A DNA stretch of 64,000 bases from an uncultured bacterium. GTDB taxonomy: Bacteria; UBP7; UBA6624. This document shows, in pieces, positions 36,464-46,374 of this stretch; positions within the stretch are counted from its first letter, which is position 1; each line of letters begins with the position of its first letter. A model generated the notes under the pieces. The model ran no database searches, had not been told where the DNA came from, and saw nothing but the letters and a program-made list of their open reading frames with translations. Location: assembly GCA_964012435.1 (NCBI GenBank), contig CAXGSM010000004.1, positions 453 through 64,452 on the forward strand. The letters are read 5' to 3'. The position numbers and the translations under genes were made by a program.

Positions 36464-37201
36464 CTAATTTTCTTTTTTGTCTTTTTGTTCTTTTGATTCT
36501 GAAAAATCAATATACATTTGTGCCACAACCAAAGGCCCTAACGGTCCTGATGCTGCGCCCAAAAGAATACCCATTGTTTCATTCGCTAATGATCCAACTG
36601 TCAAAAGGATACCTTGTGTTAAAGCGATTGAGATTCCAGTTACAGTCAAGGTAAAGAGCATGTACCACACTTTCCCTTTTGAAAGGTTTAAGCTCTCTGT
36701 GATTGGTGAGAGACCAGATGTTTTATTTTCCAGCATTGAAGCCATCCAGAATAAAGAAGCGATTGAAAACCACACAAGGGCAGGGGCAATTATTATGAAT
36801 CCAAGGCCAGCAGTCAGAACGCCAATCAGTATTGCAAAACCAATAATAAGACTAAAAACCAGAATGGTTAAAAAGAATCTTGGAGAAGCTTCTACTGCCT
36901 GGTTCAGGCATTCTTTTATTGATATGTCATCATCCTTTGCTTTTTTTAAAGATATTGCTGTGGTTAAGATTTGACAAAGCATGGCGACTATAAGCACAAG
37001 AATACCTGTAGGGGTGCTAAAGAAGCTAAAGATAGCAGCCTCCATTGCTGCTTTTGCAGTTGGGTTAGCTGCTTCAATAGTTGCTGGATTTACGCCACTT
37101 CCTCTGTAGATCAGTATACTTGGAACAGCTGTCAAAAGCCAGACTGGGATAAAGAAATTCAAATCCAAAAATTTTTCAATTGATTTTGTTAGCTGTTTCA
37201 T
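36464..37201 (-). CDS. Hypothetical polytopic membrane protein
   Basis: 245 aa with 5-6 hydrophobic segments and a K/E-rich C-terminus. Its ATG shares one nt with the stop of the upstream lyase gene (TGATG). No motif recognised. Confidence 0.6.
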   Translation of the reverse strand: MKQLTKSIEKFLDLNFFIPVWLLTAVPSILIYRGSGVNPATIEAANPTAKAAMEAAIFSFFSTPTGILVLIVAMLCQILTTAISLKKAKDDDISIKECLNQAVEASPRFFLTILVFSLIIGFAILIGVLTAGLGFIIIAPALVWFSIASLFWMASMLENKTSGLSPITESLNLSKGKVWYMLFTLTVTGISIALTQGILLTVGSLANETMGILLGAASGPLGPLVVAQMYIDFSESKEQKDKKEN

Positions 37202-38514
37202 CAGGAAAGCCTCCCTGGATCCATTATTTCTTTTAATTCCTTTTTGGAGATGTTTGTCATTTCTGACGCCACATCAAGTATGCTTCTTTTTTCAGCATAG
37301 GCTTTTTGAGCTATTTCTGATGCTTTTTCGTAACCGATTCTTGAATTCAAGGCAGTGACTAGTATTGGGTTTTTCCAAAGTCTTTCCTGGATAAGGTCTT
37401 TGTTAAACTCAATGTTGTTTATTGCTTTTTCAGAAAGTGCAATCATGGAATTTGATAATAGCTCAATTGATTCAAGTAAATTTTTTGAAATAAGTGGATA
37501 TGTAACATTCAGCTGAAATGATCCAGAGGAAACTGCATTCGTTACAACGTTATCATTTCCTTGAACCTGAAAGCAAGCTTGGCAGACCGCTTCAGGTATA
37601 ACCGGGTTAACTTTACCTGGCATTATCGATGAGCCTGGTTGAAGCTTAGGTAATTTGATTTCGGATATCCCTGCAAGTGGTCCTGAATTCATCCATCTTA
37701 AATCATTTGATATCTTATAAAGGCATGATGACAGGTTCTTTAAACGAGACGAGGCAATCATCAAGGGAAGTGGAATCGACATGCCTAAAAATGGAGATTG
37801 AATTTGTTTCAGCTGTAATGATGTTTTTTGAGACATTATGTTTAAGCATTCTGAAGTAGCTTTTTTTGATGAGTTTGTGCCAGAGCCAACAGCTGTTCCC
37901 CCTAAAGGAACTTCAGATAGGTTTTTTAAACAATCACTAATTTCTTCAAGACAGTATTCAAGACCATATTTCCAAGCTTTAAATTCATCTTCAAGCTTAA
38001 TTGGCAGGGCGTCCATCAAATGGGTTCTGCCAGTTTTTATCAAGCCAGAAGACCTTTGTGAAAGTGCTTCTGTTTCCTTTATTAAATTCTTAAGGGATGG
38101 AATTAGATGATTTTTTACTGCCAAAGCAACTGCAATCTGTATTGAGGAAGGTATCACATCATTCGATGATTGCCCTATATTCAAGTCATCATGAGCATCA
38201 ATTTTTGAATTCGATAGCTCAGAGCTTCTTTTGGCTATGACCTCATTGACGTTCATGTGTGTGCTTGTTCCGGATCCTGTCTGAAAGACATCTATTGGAA
38301 ATTGATCATGCCATACTCCGTCCATCACCTCTTGACTTGCCTTCCTTATAGGTTCAAGCTTCTTTTCTTCAAGGAGTCCAAATTTGCTGTTAGCTTGAGC
38401 CATAGAGTGCTTAATTAAAGCAATTGCTGAAATTACATGTTGAGAAACCCGTTGTGAAGATATTTTGAAATTATCTATTGCAAGTTGAGTTTCTTTTCCG
38501 TAAAGTTTATTCAT
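37201..38514 (-). CDS. Class II fumarate hydratase / aspartate ammonia-lyase family enzyme
   Basis: QTGSGTSTHMNVNEV is fumarase-like. The SS-loop GSSIMPGKVNPVIPE is aspartase-like. GQSSNDV is also present. Start trimmed to ATG 38514 (MNKLYGKETQLAIDNFKIS aligns with FumC ..LWGAQTQRSLEHFRIS). Confidence 0.85.
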   Translation of the reverse strand: MNKLYGKETQLAIDNFKISSQRVSQHVISAIALIKHSMAQANSKFGLLEEKKLEPIRKASQEVMDGVWHDQFPIDVFQTGSGTSTHMNVNEVIAKRSSELSNSKIDAHDDLNIGQSSNDVIPSSIQIAVALAVKNHLIPSLKNLIKETEALSQRSSGLIKTGRTHLMDALPIKLEDEFKAWKYGLEYCLEEISDCLKNLSEVPLGGTAVGSGTNSSKKATSECLNIMSQKTSLQLKQIQSPFLGMSIPLPLMIASSRLKNLSSCLYKISNDLRWMNSGPLAGISEIKLPKLQPGSSIMPGKVNPVIPEAVCQACFQVQGNDNVVTNAVSSGSFQLNVTYPLISKNLLESIELLSNSMIALSEKAINNIEFNKDLIQERLWKNPILVTALNSRIGYEKASEIAQKAYAEKRSILDVASEMTNISKKELKEIMDPGRLS

Positions 38515-38599
38515 GTAAAAGTTAATTCTATATCTATTATTTTTTTGACTTAGCATTAATTCAAAAAAAAATATAGAATTTAGCAAGAGGTTTTTTTAG

Positions 38600-39247
38600 A
38601 TGGAAAAAGTAATTGTATATATTGATGCTCATAATCTTTATAGAGCACATATGGATTATGGGATTGCGAGGGTTGATGTAAAAAAGCTTGTTCAAAATAT
38701 TGTTGGCAGAAATAAAAGGCTAATAAGAGCCTATTATTATGTTGCTTTAGCAGACAGAAACTTGGATCCAATAGCACATGATCGTAAATCTAAATTTGTA
38801 GAATTTATCAACAGGCAAGAAAGAATGGAGGTCAAGCTAGGCAAGTTGAAGGTTGAAACAAGAAAAGTCTCTAAGAATATTCTTGAAACAATAAAAAAAG
38901 CATGTCAAGACAAGACCCTCCCAAGAGAAGCGATTTCAAAACTGGCAAGCTTGGAGACTTCATTAAGGGGTTTTTTGATAGATGATGCAATCGAAATCAA
39001 AGAGAAGGGGATAGATGTTCAAATAGCTGTAGACATGATCAAAGATGCTAATAAAAAAATATCAGATGTTCAAATATTGGTTTCAGGAGATGCTGACTTC
39101 ATTCATCTTTTGAAAAACCTCAAGGAGATTGGACAGGTTGTTGGTGTTGTTTCCTCTAGGGGAAATGCATCTTCTGAATTGATTAATCATGCTGACTTCC
39201 ATAAGCTTTTAGACAAGTCGGACTTTAAAAAACTTTCATTAAAGTGA
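38600..39247 (+). CDS. NYN/LabA-like (PIN-related) domain protein
   Basis: VIVYIDAHNLY, GIDVQIAVDMI and ILVSGDADFIHLL are the acidic motifs of NYN (DUF88) domains. Confidence 0.7.
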   Translation: MEKVIVYIDAHNLYRAHMDYGIARVDVKKLVQNIVGRNKRLIRAYYYVALADRNLDPIAHDRKSKFVEFINRQERMEVKLGKLKVETRKVSKNILETIKKACQDKTLPREAISKLASLETSLRGFLIDDAIEIKEKGIDVQIAVDMIKDANKKISDVQILVSGDADFIHLLKNLKEIGQVVGVVSSRGNASSELINHADFHKLLDKSDFKKLSLK

Positions 39248-39254
39248 ATTGATT

Positions 39255-41045
39255 ATGGATATTTCTGTTTTTTTAGGCATTTGTGCAATAATTCTTCTGG
39301 TTTTTGATCTTGTTGCTTATGAAAGAGTAGGGGCAGGATTGTGGTTTTTGCTGATTGTTTTTGGTTCACTTAGCCCTTCAGAAGGTCTTGCTGTCATTGT
39401 TGATCCGGCTGTAGTTACAATTTCCGCCTTGTATGTACTTGGTTTTGCTATTCAAAAAAGCGGAGCTTTTAATCTGATAGGAAGATTCTTGGTTGGAAAC
39501 GAAGGGGAGCCAAAATCTGTAACAAGATTTAGGGTCGGTTTTTTCTTTTTTGTGATTGCGGTTCTTTCAATGTTTCTTAACAATACTGCTGTTGTGATAA
39601 TTCTTATACCTGTTGCATTAGAGCTAGGAAGAAGAAGTGGCATCTCTACAAGCAAGCTTCTTATACCAATATCGTATGTTGCAATTTTGGGTGGAGCAAT
39701 GACTCTCATAGGGACTTCAACCAATTTACTTGTTGCTCAGTCTTATTCAGAGCTTATTGCATTAAATCAGTTAGATTTTCGAAAAATAGAAATGTTTTCT
39801 TTTGCTGTTCCAGGTTTTGCTGCTGCTCTTGCAGGTGGAATTTGGTTAACCCTTTTTGGAAGAAAGTTGCTTCCTGACACCCATATTCGTGAAAACTTGA
39901 CTGAAAATTATGAATTAAATAGTTTTATGGTTGCTTTTCGAATACAAGAAAATTCAATATTGATAGGTAAAAATCTTGAAGATTCAGGATTTCTTTTTGA
40001 ATCAGGGGTTGAGCTTATAGAGATACACAGAAAAGATCATCATATGGTTATGGCCCCTCACAGGGATACTTTATTTGTTGAGGGTGATGAGTTTTTAGTC
40101 AGAGTTAATCCTGAGAGATGCGGATACCTTTCCGAGAAGTATGAAATACAAATGATAGGACCTGAGCAAGAGCTTCAGTCTGCTGCAGAGGAAGGCTTGA
40201 AGCTAGGTCAGGCATTAGTTGTTCCTGGTTCTCAAATGGCAGGAAGAACAATTGCAGAACTTTCATTTCGTGATCATTTTGGCTTGACTGTTCTGGGGAT
40301 AAGACATGGATCAAAACCCATAAAAGGTTCATTAATGAATTATCGATTGCGTGTAGGGGACACATTGCTTCTTCATGGAACTTCAACAAATTTTGATAAG
40401 ATCAACGAACCTTATTCAGATTTAGTAATTGTTTCTGAAAATAAATATAATTTTTTTCATAGGAAACATGCTAATGTTGCAATATTGGCATTATTTGCAT
40501 TTATATTTTTAGCCTATAAAGGTTTTTCGTTAGATCTTGTGTCAATCATTGTTGTGGGTGGAATGTTGATTTTTAATACTGTAAAGATAGAGGAAGCAAT
40601 AGAGGCAGTTGATCATAAAGTTATTGTGCTTCTCGTAGGTCTTCTTGCTTGGAGTAATGCAATGTATGAAAAAGGGATTTTTGATAATCTTGTTCAGGAT
40701 CTTCAAGGCAGTCTTCAAAATATTTCCTCATCCCTAGCATTGGTTATTATTTACTTGCTAGTTGCAGTAGCAACAAGCTTTTTGTCTAATGCAGCAACTG
40801 CAATTACATTTGTTCCATTGGTACTGACCTTATGCACTTCGATGAATTGGGATCCTTATCCTTTCATGCTTGCTGTTGCGATAGCGGCTTCGGCATCTTT
40901 TGCAACACCTATTGGATATCAGACAAATACCCTTGTGTTTAGTTTGGGTCAGTATAAGTTTAAAGATTTTATAAAAATCGGAATCCCAATGACTTTGATA
41001 ACTGGTGCTGCAGCTTGCTGGACAATTATTTATTATTATCTTTAA
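39255..41045 (+). CDS. SLC13/DASS-family anion permease with two central TrkA-C (RCK-C) domains
   Basis: NNTAVVIILIPVA..GGAMTLIGTSTNLLV and SNAATAITFVPL..ATPIGYQTNTLV form the duplicated hairpin motifs. The soluble middle carries GKNLEDSGF and GRTIAELSFRDHFGLTVLGIRH. ATG 39255; the track used TTG 39249. Confidence 0.8.
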   Translation: MDISVFLGICAIILLVFDLVAYERVGAGLWFLLIVFGSLSPSEGLAVIVDPAVVTISALYVLGFAIQKSGAFNLIGRFLVGNEGEPKSVTRFRVGFFFFVIAVLSMFLNNTAVVIILIPVALELGRRSGISTSKLLIPISYVAILGGAMTLIGTSTNLLVAQSYSELIALNQLDFRKIEMFSFAVPGFAAALAGGIWLTLFGRKLLPDTHIRENLTENYELNSFMVAFRIQENSILIGKNLEDSGFLFESGVELIEIHRKDHHMVMAPHRDTLFVEGDEFLVRVNPERCGYLSEKYEIQMIGPEQELQSAAEEGLKLGQALVVPGSQMAGRTIAELSFRDHFGLTVLGIRHGSKPIKGSLMNYRLRVGDTLLLHGTSTNFDKINEPYSDLVIVSENKYNFFHRKHANVAILALFAFIFLAYKGFSLDLVSIIVVGGMLIFNTVKIEEAIEAVDHKVIVLLVGLLAWSNAMYEKGIFDNLVQDLQGSLQNISSSLALVIIYLLVAVATSFLSNAATAITFVPLVLTLCTSMNWDPYPFMLAVAIAASASFATPIGYQTNTLVFSLGQYKFKDFIKIGIPMTLITGAAACWTIIYYYL

Positions 41046-41872
41046 TCAATAATTTCCAAATTACCAATTCTGTTTTTGTTTTCATTTTCTGATATTTTTT
41101 CTTCAGCAAATTTTGATATATTTGTAATTATTTTTTGCCAAATGTTATTTTCTAAATTTTTAGGATTTGATAAATAAGGCTTACCTGATTCGCATGTTTG
41201 AGCTATTGATGGGTCAAAAGGTATTTCACCAATTATTTTTAAATTATTCTTTACGGCAAATGAATCAATCGCATTAGGAAAAAGCGGTAGTATTTTGTTT
41301 TGTGATTTATCAAAATAACCACTCATGTTTGTAATAATTCCTATAATTTCACAATTCAATTTATCAAAAGCACTTTTTGACCTCAAAGCATCATTGATTG
41401 ATGTGTTTTGAGGGGTTGTTACAAGTACGCTTCCTGATGGTTTTAATATGCTTGCTAGCGATATTAAAGGATCTCCGGTTCCTGGAGGTATATCAGCAAT
41501 AAGGATATCAATCTCTCCCCATTCCACATCTTTTGTTAATTGTTCTAATGCTCTATGGACTACTGGACCTCTCCAAATCAGAGGCTTGTCCCTGCTGACT
41601 ATTGAACCCATTGAAAGTATTTTTATCCCATGTCTTTCGTGCGGAATTATTGACCCTGTTTCTGTTGCTCCTGTTTTTTCAGGAAGATTAAAAAAATGAG
41701 ATTGACTAGGTCCGTATATGTCTGCATCAAGCAATCCAACCTTGAATCCTTTTGAGGCAAGCCCGAGTGCAACATTAGCAGAAACCATTGATTTGCCAAC
41801 TCCGCCTTTGCCTGATCCGATAAGAATCGATGCTTTGATTCTGTTTTTATTGCTTGTTGCTGTTTTCATCAA
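41042..41872 (-). CDS. Mrp/NBP35/ApbC-family P-loop ATPase lacking the CxxC cluster-binding motif
   Basis: GSGKGGVGKS deviant Walker A and WGEIDILIADIPPGTGD Mrp signature. The region that is NMS..C..CG in ApbC reads NMSGYFDKSQNKILPLF here. Confidence 0.8.
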   Translation of the reverse strand: MMKTATSNKNRIKASILIGSGKGGVGKSMVSANVALGLASKGFKVGLLDADIYGPSQSHFFNLPEKTGATETGSIIPHERHGIKILSMGSIVSRDKPLIWRGPVVHRALEQLTKDVEWGEIDILIADIPPGTGDPLISLASILKPSGSVLVTTPQNTSINDALRSKSAFDKLNCEIIGIITNMSGYFDKSQNKILPLFPNAIDSFAVKNNLKIIGEIPFDPSIAQTCESGKPYLSNPKNLENNIWQKIITNISKFAEEKISENENKNRIGNLEIID

Positions 41873-41880
41873 AGTATAGT

Positions 41881-43944
41881 TTAATTACTAAAGATGTTTT
41901 TTGGTTCAAATTCAAAATTATTTGGTGACTCAAATGTATTCCATGAAAGATTAGGGGCGGAAAGTCTCATGAACATGTTAAACATTAATGCTGGGTAACT
42001 GCCTCCGCTCAAGTTTCCACCGCCTTGTTTTGAGCCTATCCATATTCCGGTACATAAATCAGGTATGCATCCAACATACCAACCATCCCTGTTATTTTGA
42101 CTTGTACCGCTTTTTCCAAAAATGACATGTTTCTTTGGTCCAATTGTTTTGTTTGTGGAGGGAAACCACTCTTGCATGCATTCTCCAGCTGATTTTGGTA
42201 TCTCTGTCTCAAGGCCGTTACACATTATTGATGCAGCTGCAGTACTTTTTTCATTCTGTATCGCTTCGCCAAGTATGTGAATGGTTTTTTTGGCTGTTTG
42301 TGCTTCAAATATTTTTTGAGAGCTATTTTTGTGTTTGAAAAGTATTTCACCATTTTCAGTAGCACCAGATTCAAAAAATTTGAAATTCCTTTTTTCTCCA
42401 TACGAGGCGAGGGTAGAGAAAAGTGTAGTTATTTCAAGAAGGTTCATTTCTATTGACCCAAGAGCTGCTGAAAGGTAGTTTCCCCAAGGTTTTTTAAATT
42501 TCATTTTTTCCCAGTATTCTGACATTGTCTCATTTCCTACTTTATCTAAAAGTGCGACAAAGGGAACATTAGAAGAGTTTGCAAAAGCATTGATCCAATT
42601 TGATATTTTTAAATATTCATCATCGTGATTTTCAGGAGCGTATATGCTTGAGTCATCTTCGTTCCAAAATAATGTTTGTTTATCCGCTATTTTCTGGTTT
42701 AAATCCATCCCATCTTCCAATGCAACCGTGAAAATGAAAGGTTTAATTGTGGATCCGGGACTTCTGAATGATTTTGAAAAATCATACCAATTTCCGCTTG
42801 AAGTTATTTTTTCATCTTCAAGACAATCTAATTCATCTCCATTTTCATAATTTGCTTTTTTTTCTTTTCCGGCTACTTCATGTTGAGAGGTTACAAAAGC
42901 CCTAATTGCTCCTGTTTTTGGGTCTATTGAGATCAAAGAAACACCCTCTATCCCTCCAAGCTCTTCATCAATTTTTTGCCCCTTAAGTTTTTCCATAAAA
43001 AAGCAAACAGAAGCATAAGCATTATTTTGAAGCTTCTTATCCAGGGTCGTGTTTATTAACGGGTAGTCGGAAATCTTGATGTTGGAGTTTTCTTTAAGCG
43101 AGTTGATAAAACCCGTTGCATAAAATGTTTTTTCTAACGGTTTTAATTTAATTTCATTATTTAAGTTTTCTCTATATTCTTTTTCGCTTATGAAATTCAG
43201 TTCAAGCATTCTCCCAAGAACGTTTTCTTTTCTCTGATTAGCATCATTGATATATGTAAGAGGGTCATACCTTGTTGGACTTTGAGCTAATCCAACAATC
43301 AGTGCTATCTCATGCGTTTTTAGTTCCCATGGTTTTTTTGAGAATAAGGATTCTGAAGCATTGAGCAATCCTGGATTTGAGGGAACGAAGCTAATCCATG
43401 TGTACCAATTTTCAAGTATTTCTTCTTTTGTCATTTCTTTTTCTATAAGTATTGCTGCAAAAATTTCACGTAATTTTCTAATGTATGTCTTTTCTTCACC
43501 GACAACCTCTTTAAATGCTGTTCTTGCTAGTTGTTGAGTTATGGTTGAAGCACCCTCAACAATTTTTTTATTTTTTTGATTTGCTAAAAATGCTCTCGCA
43601 ATTGCAGACCCATCGACACCACCATGTGAAAAAAATCTTTTATCTTCTGCTGCAACTGCTGCAAGCATTAATGTTTTGCTTGACATTTCTCTCTGGATGT
43701 CTAATTCAGGAATTCCTGTTTTTGAATTCTTGAATTCAAATCGCTTAAAGCCATCTTGATAATATATTTGATTTCCATATCTATCTAGGTAAACTGGAGA
43801 GCTAGGAGTTTCGGCAAGTTTTTGCCTTATGTTACCCATTTCGCTTCTAACTGAAAATGAAATATAAGCTATAAAAATTAAAGAAATTGAAACAAGTGTC
43901 CTCAAAAATGCTCTAATTATTTTTAACAACATCCTGATTCTCAT
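41881..43944 (-). CDS. Penicillin-binding protein 1A family (GT51 transglycosylase + transpeptidase)
   Basis: N-terminal TM segment. EDKRFFSHGGVD and GASTITQQLAR are GT51 motifs. SPGSTIKP is the SxxK motif and KSGTS is KTG-like. Confidence 0.9.
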   Translation of the reverse strand: MRIRMLLKIIRAFLRTLVSISLIFIAYISFSVRSEMGNIRQKLAETPSSPVYLDRYGNQIYYQDGFKRFEFKNSKTGIPELDIQREMSSKTLMLAAVAAEDKRFFSHGGVDGSAIARAFLANQKNKKIVEGASTITQQLARTAFKEVVGEEKTYIRKLREIFAAILIEKEMTKEEILENWYTWISFVPSNPGLLNASESLFSKKPWELKTHEIALIVGLAQSPTRYDPLTYINDANQRKENVLGRMLELNFISEKEYRENLNNEIKLKPLEKTFYATGFINSLKENSNIKISDYPLINTTLDKKLQNNAYASVCFFMEKLKGQKIDEELGGIEGVSLISIDPKTGAIRAFVTSQHEVAGKEKKANYENGDELDCLEDEKITSSGNWYDFSKSFRSPGSTIKPFIFTVALEDGMDLNQKIADKQTLFWNEDDSSIYAPENHDDEYLKISNWINAFANSSNVPFVALLDKVGNETMSEYWEKMKFKKPWGNYLSAALGSIEMNLLEITTLFSTLASYGEKRNFKFFESGATENGEILFKHKNSSQKIFEAQTAKKTIHILGEAIQNEKSTAAASIMCNGLETEIPKSAGECMQEWFPSTNKTIGPKKHVIFGKSGTSQNNRDGWYVGCIPDLCTGIWIGSKQGGGNLSGGSYPALMFNMFMRLSAPNLSWNTFESPNNFEFEPKNIFSN

Positions 43945-43993
43945 GATTCTTTTAATAGATTTTATTTATTACTTTCTATAATTGAGTGTTGAA

Positions 43994-45169
43994 ATGATGA
44001 CTAATTCAAATTCCATAGACTTTTTATTAAGGTGCGCTGATACTGTTATTAGCAAGGATGAACTTAAAAAAAGAATTTTAAGCAAGAAAAAATTAAACCT
44101 TAAACTAGGGGTTGACCCAACAGCTCCAGAACTCCATTTAGGACATATGGTAATCCTTAAAGCCTTAAGAAGGTTTCAGGATCATGGACACAATGTTCAA
44201 ATTGTTATTGGTGGTTTTACGGCATTAGTTGGTGACCCAAGTGGTAAAAAAGCTACAAGACCGGTATTAACATCCGCTGAAATTAAAAAAAATACTAAAC
44301 GTTACAAGGAGCAAGCATTATTGATTCTTGATTCAAAAAAAACAGACTTCCTTAACAATAATGATTGGCTAGGCAAACTGTCTGCTGCAGAGATATTAAA
44401 GATATGCCAGGCAAGGAGTCTCAACAGGATTATTGAAAGAGATGATTTCAGAGGTCGTTTAGAGAGGGGCGAAAGCATTAGGGTTCACGAGATTCTCTAT
44501 CCAATATTCCAAGCCCATGACTCCGTTGTTATGTGTCCAGATGTAGAAATGGGCGGCACAGATCAGATTCCAAATTTCATGACAACAAGGCAGGCGATGA
44601 AGGAAAGTAGTCAGGAACCAGAGGTAGTTATCACCATGCCTCTTCTTGTAGGCCTTGATGGAAAAAAGAAAATGAGCAAATCTTACGAGAACCATATATC
44701 TCTTGAAGAGAATGCAAAAGACATGTATGGAAAATTAATGAGCCTTCCTGACGCTCCAATGAGAGATTATTTTCAATTGTTGACAGATATTGAAGACTTG
44801 AAGATTTCTGAGATTTTAACAATGCATCCAATGGATTCAAAAAAAATTCTTGCTTTTGAGGTTACTGCTTTTCTCAAAGGGAAGGAGGCTGCGCTGTCTG
44901 CAAAGTCTCATTTTGAAAAAACAATACAAAAAAAGACAGTTCCCGAGGATAGAAAAACCTTTACATATTCTGATGATATTAATTTGTTGGATGTAATTTA
45001 TAAAACTGGCAATTTTTCTAGTAAAAATGAGGTAAAAAGACTTATTTCTGGAGGTGGTGTAAAGGTTGATGGAGATAGAATCAATGACTGGCAATTTTTA
45101 TTTAAGCCAAGATTCAAAGGTACAGTAAAAGCTGGAAAGAGATTCTGGTTTGACTTGGAGGTATTGTGA
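43994..45169 (+). CDS. tyrS: Tyrosyl-tRNA synthetase
   Basis: [13 protein letters not shown] (HIGH), KMSKS, and a C-terminal S4-like domain ([17 protein letters not shown]). ATG 43994; the track used TTG 43982. Confidence 0.93.
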   Translation: MMTNSNSIDFLLRCADTVISKDELKKRILSKKKLNLKLGVDPTAPELHLGHMVILKALRRFQDHGHNVQIVIGGFTALVGDPSGKKATRPVLTSAEIKKNTKRYKEQALLILDSKKTDFLNNNDWLGKLSAAEILKICQARSLNRIIERDDFRGRLERGESIRVHEILYPIFQAHDSVVMCPDVEMGGTDQIPNFMTTRQAMKESSQEPEVVITMPLLVGLDGKKKMSKSYENHISLEENAKDMYGKLMSLPDAPMRDYFQLLTDIEDLKISEILTMHPMDSKKILAFEVTAFLKGKEAALSAKSHFEKTIQKKTVPEDRKTFTYSDDINLLDVIYKTGNFSSKNEVKRLISGGGVKVDGDRINDWQFLFKPRFKGTVKAGKRFWFDLEVL

Positions 45170-46374
45170 CAAAAATTACTATGAAAAATGAGGAACTGTG
45201 TGTTCCAAGCAATCCAACAATTCCTTTTATAGAAGGAGATGGAATAGGTCCAGATATATGGCAGGCAAGCGTACGTGTTTTCGATGCATCTGTAGAGAAA
45301 GCATATTCTGGAGAAAGGAAGATTGATTGGCTTGAGGTTTTGGCAGGAGAGAAAGCTTACAAAGAAACTGGCAATTGGCTTCCTGATGCGACTATAGAAG
45401 CTTTTAGGAATTATCTAGTGGGTATAAAAGGGCCTTTAACTACTCCTGTTGGTGGAGGCATGAGAAGTTTAAATGTTGCTTTAAGGCAGATTTTAGATCT
45501 TTATGTTTGCTTGAGGCCTGTTAGATGGTTTAAGGGTGTTCCTAGTCCTGTAAAAGATCCCCAAAAGGTTAACATGGTGATTTTTAGGGAAAATACTGAA
45601 GATATTTATGCAGGTATAGAGTATGCTTTTGATTCCAAGGATACGAAAAAGTTTTTGAACTGGATGTCTGATGAATTTCCTGAAAAATATAAGAAAATAA
45701 GATTCCCTGACTCTTGCGGTATAGGGATAAAGCCAGTCTCAAAAGAGGGCACATCCAGGCTTGTAGGGTCTGCTTTTGATTTTATGTTTAAAAATAAAAG
45801 AAAAAACTTAACACTTGTGCATAAAGGAAACATAATGAAGTTTACAGAGGGCGCTTTTAGGGACTGGGGTTATGAGGTTGCAGACTCTAGAGGCGCAAAA
45901 GTTTTAGAAGAAGGGCCTTGGAGAGTTTTTGAAACTGGGGAAATTGTTAAGGATGTTATTGCTGATGCATTTTTGCAACAAATATTAACAAGGCCAGATG
46001 AATATGATGTCATAGCGACGCTTAACCTTAACGGCGATTACATTTCAGATGCGCTTGCTGCTCAGGTTGGAGGTATCGGCATTGCCCCTGGGGGTAATCT
46101 TAATTACCAATCTGGTCATGCTATCTTTGAGGCAACTCATGGAACGGCGCCAAAGTATGCAGGACAGGACAAGGTCAATCCGGGTTCAGTTATACTTTCA
46201 GGCGAATTGATGTTGAGGCATCTTGGCTGGACTGAAGCAGCTGACCTAATAATAAAAGGAATAGAGGATTCAATTGCTGACAAGCAAGTTACTTATGATT
46301 TTGCCCGTTTAATTGGTGGAGTCAAGCCTGTTAGCTGTTCTGCTTTTGGAGATTCTATTATTGAGAGGATGTAA
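45166..46374 (+). CDS. icd: Isocitrate dehydrogenase (NADP-type homodimeric family)
   Basis: [44 protein letters not shown] and [15 protein letters not shown] start overlaps the tyrS stop. Confidence 0.94.
   Translation: MTKITMKNEELCVPSNPTIPFIEGDGIGPDIWQASVRVFDASVEKAYSGERKIDWLEVLAGEKAYKETGNWLPDATIEAFRNYLVGIKGPLTTPVGGGMRSLNVALRQILDLYVCLRPVRWFKGVPSPVKDPQKVNMVIFRENTEDIYAGIEYAFDSKDTKKFLNWMSDEFPEKYKKIRFPDSCGIGIKPVSKEGTSRLVGSAFDFMFKNKRKNLTLVHKGNIMKFTEGAFRDWGYEVADSRGAKVLEEGPWRVFETGEIVKDVIADAFLQQILTRPDEYDVIATLNLNGDYISDALAAQVGGIGIAPGGNLNYQSGHAIFEATHGTAPKYAGQDKVNPGSVILSGELMLRHLGWTEAADLIIKGIEDSIADKQVTYDFARLIGGVKPVSCSAFGDSIIERM

Noticed and set aside
36477-36974. 165-aa + strand ORF and the 70-aa ORF at 36971-37183
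   Set aside because: They are antisense to the 245-aa membrane protein gene, which is 1-nt coupled to the upstream lyase. Neither has a Shine-Dalgarno or a recognisable motif.
38600-39247. NYN-domain protein as a toxin of a toxin-antitoxin or defence system
   Set aside because: There is no small partner ORF on either side, because the gaps are 7-13 nt. There is no mobile-element context.
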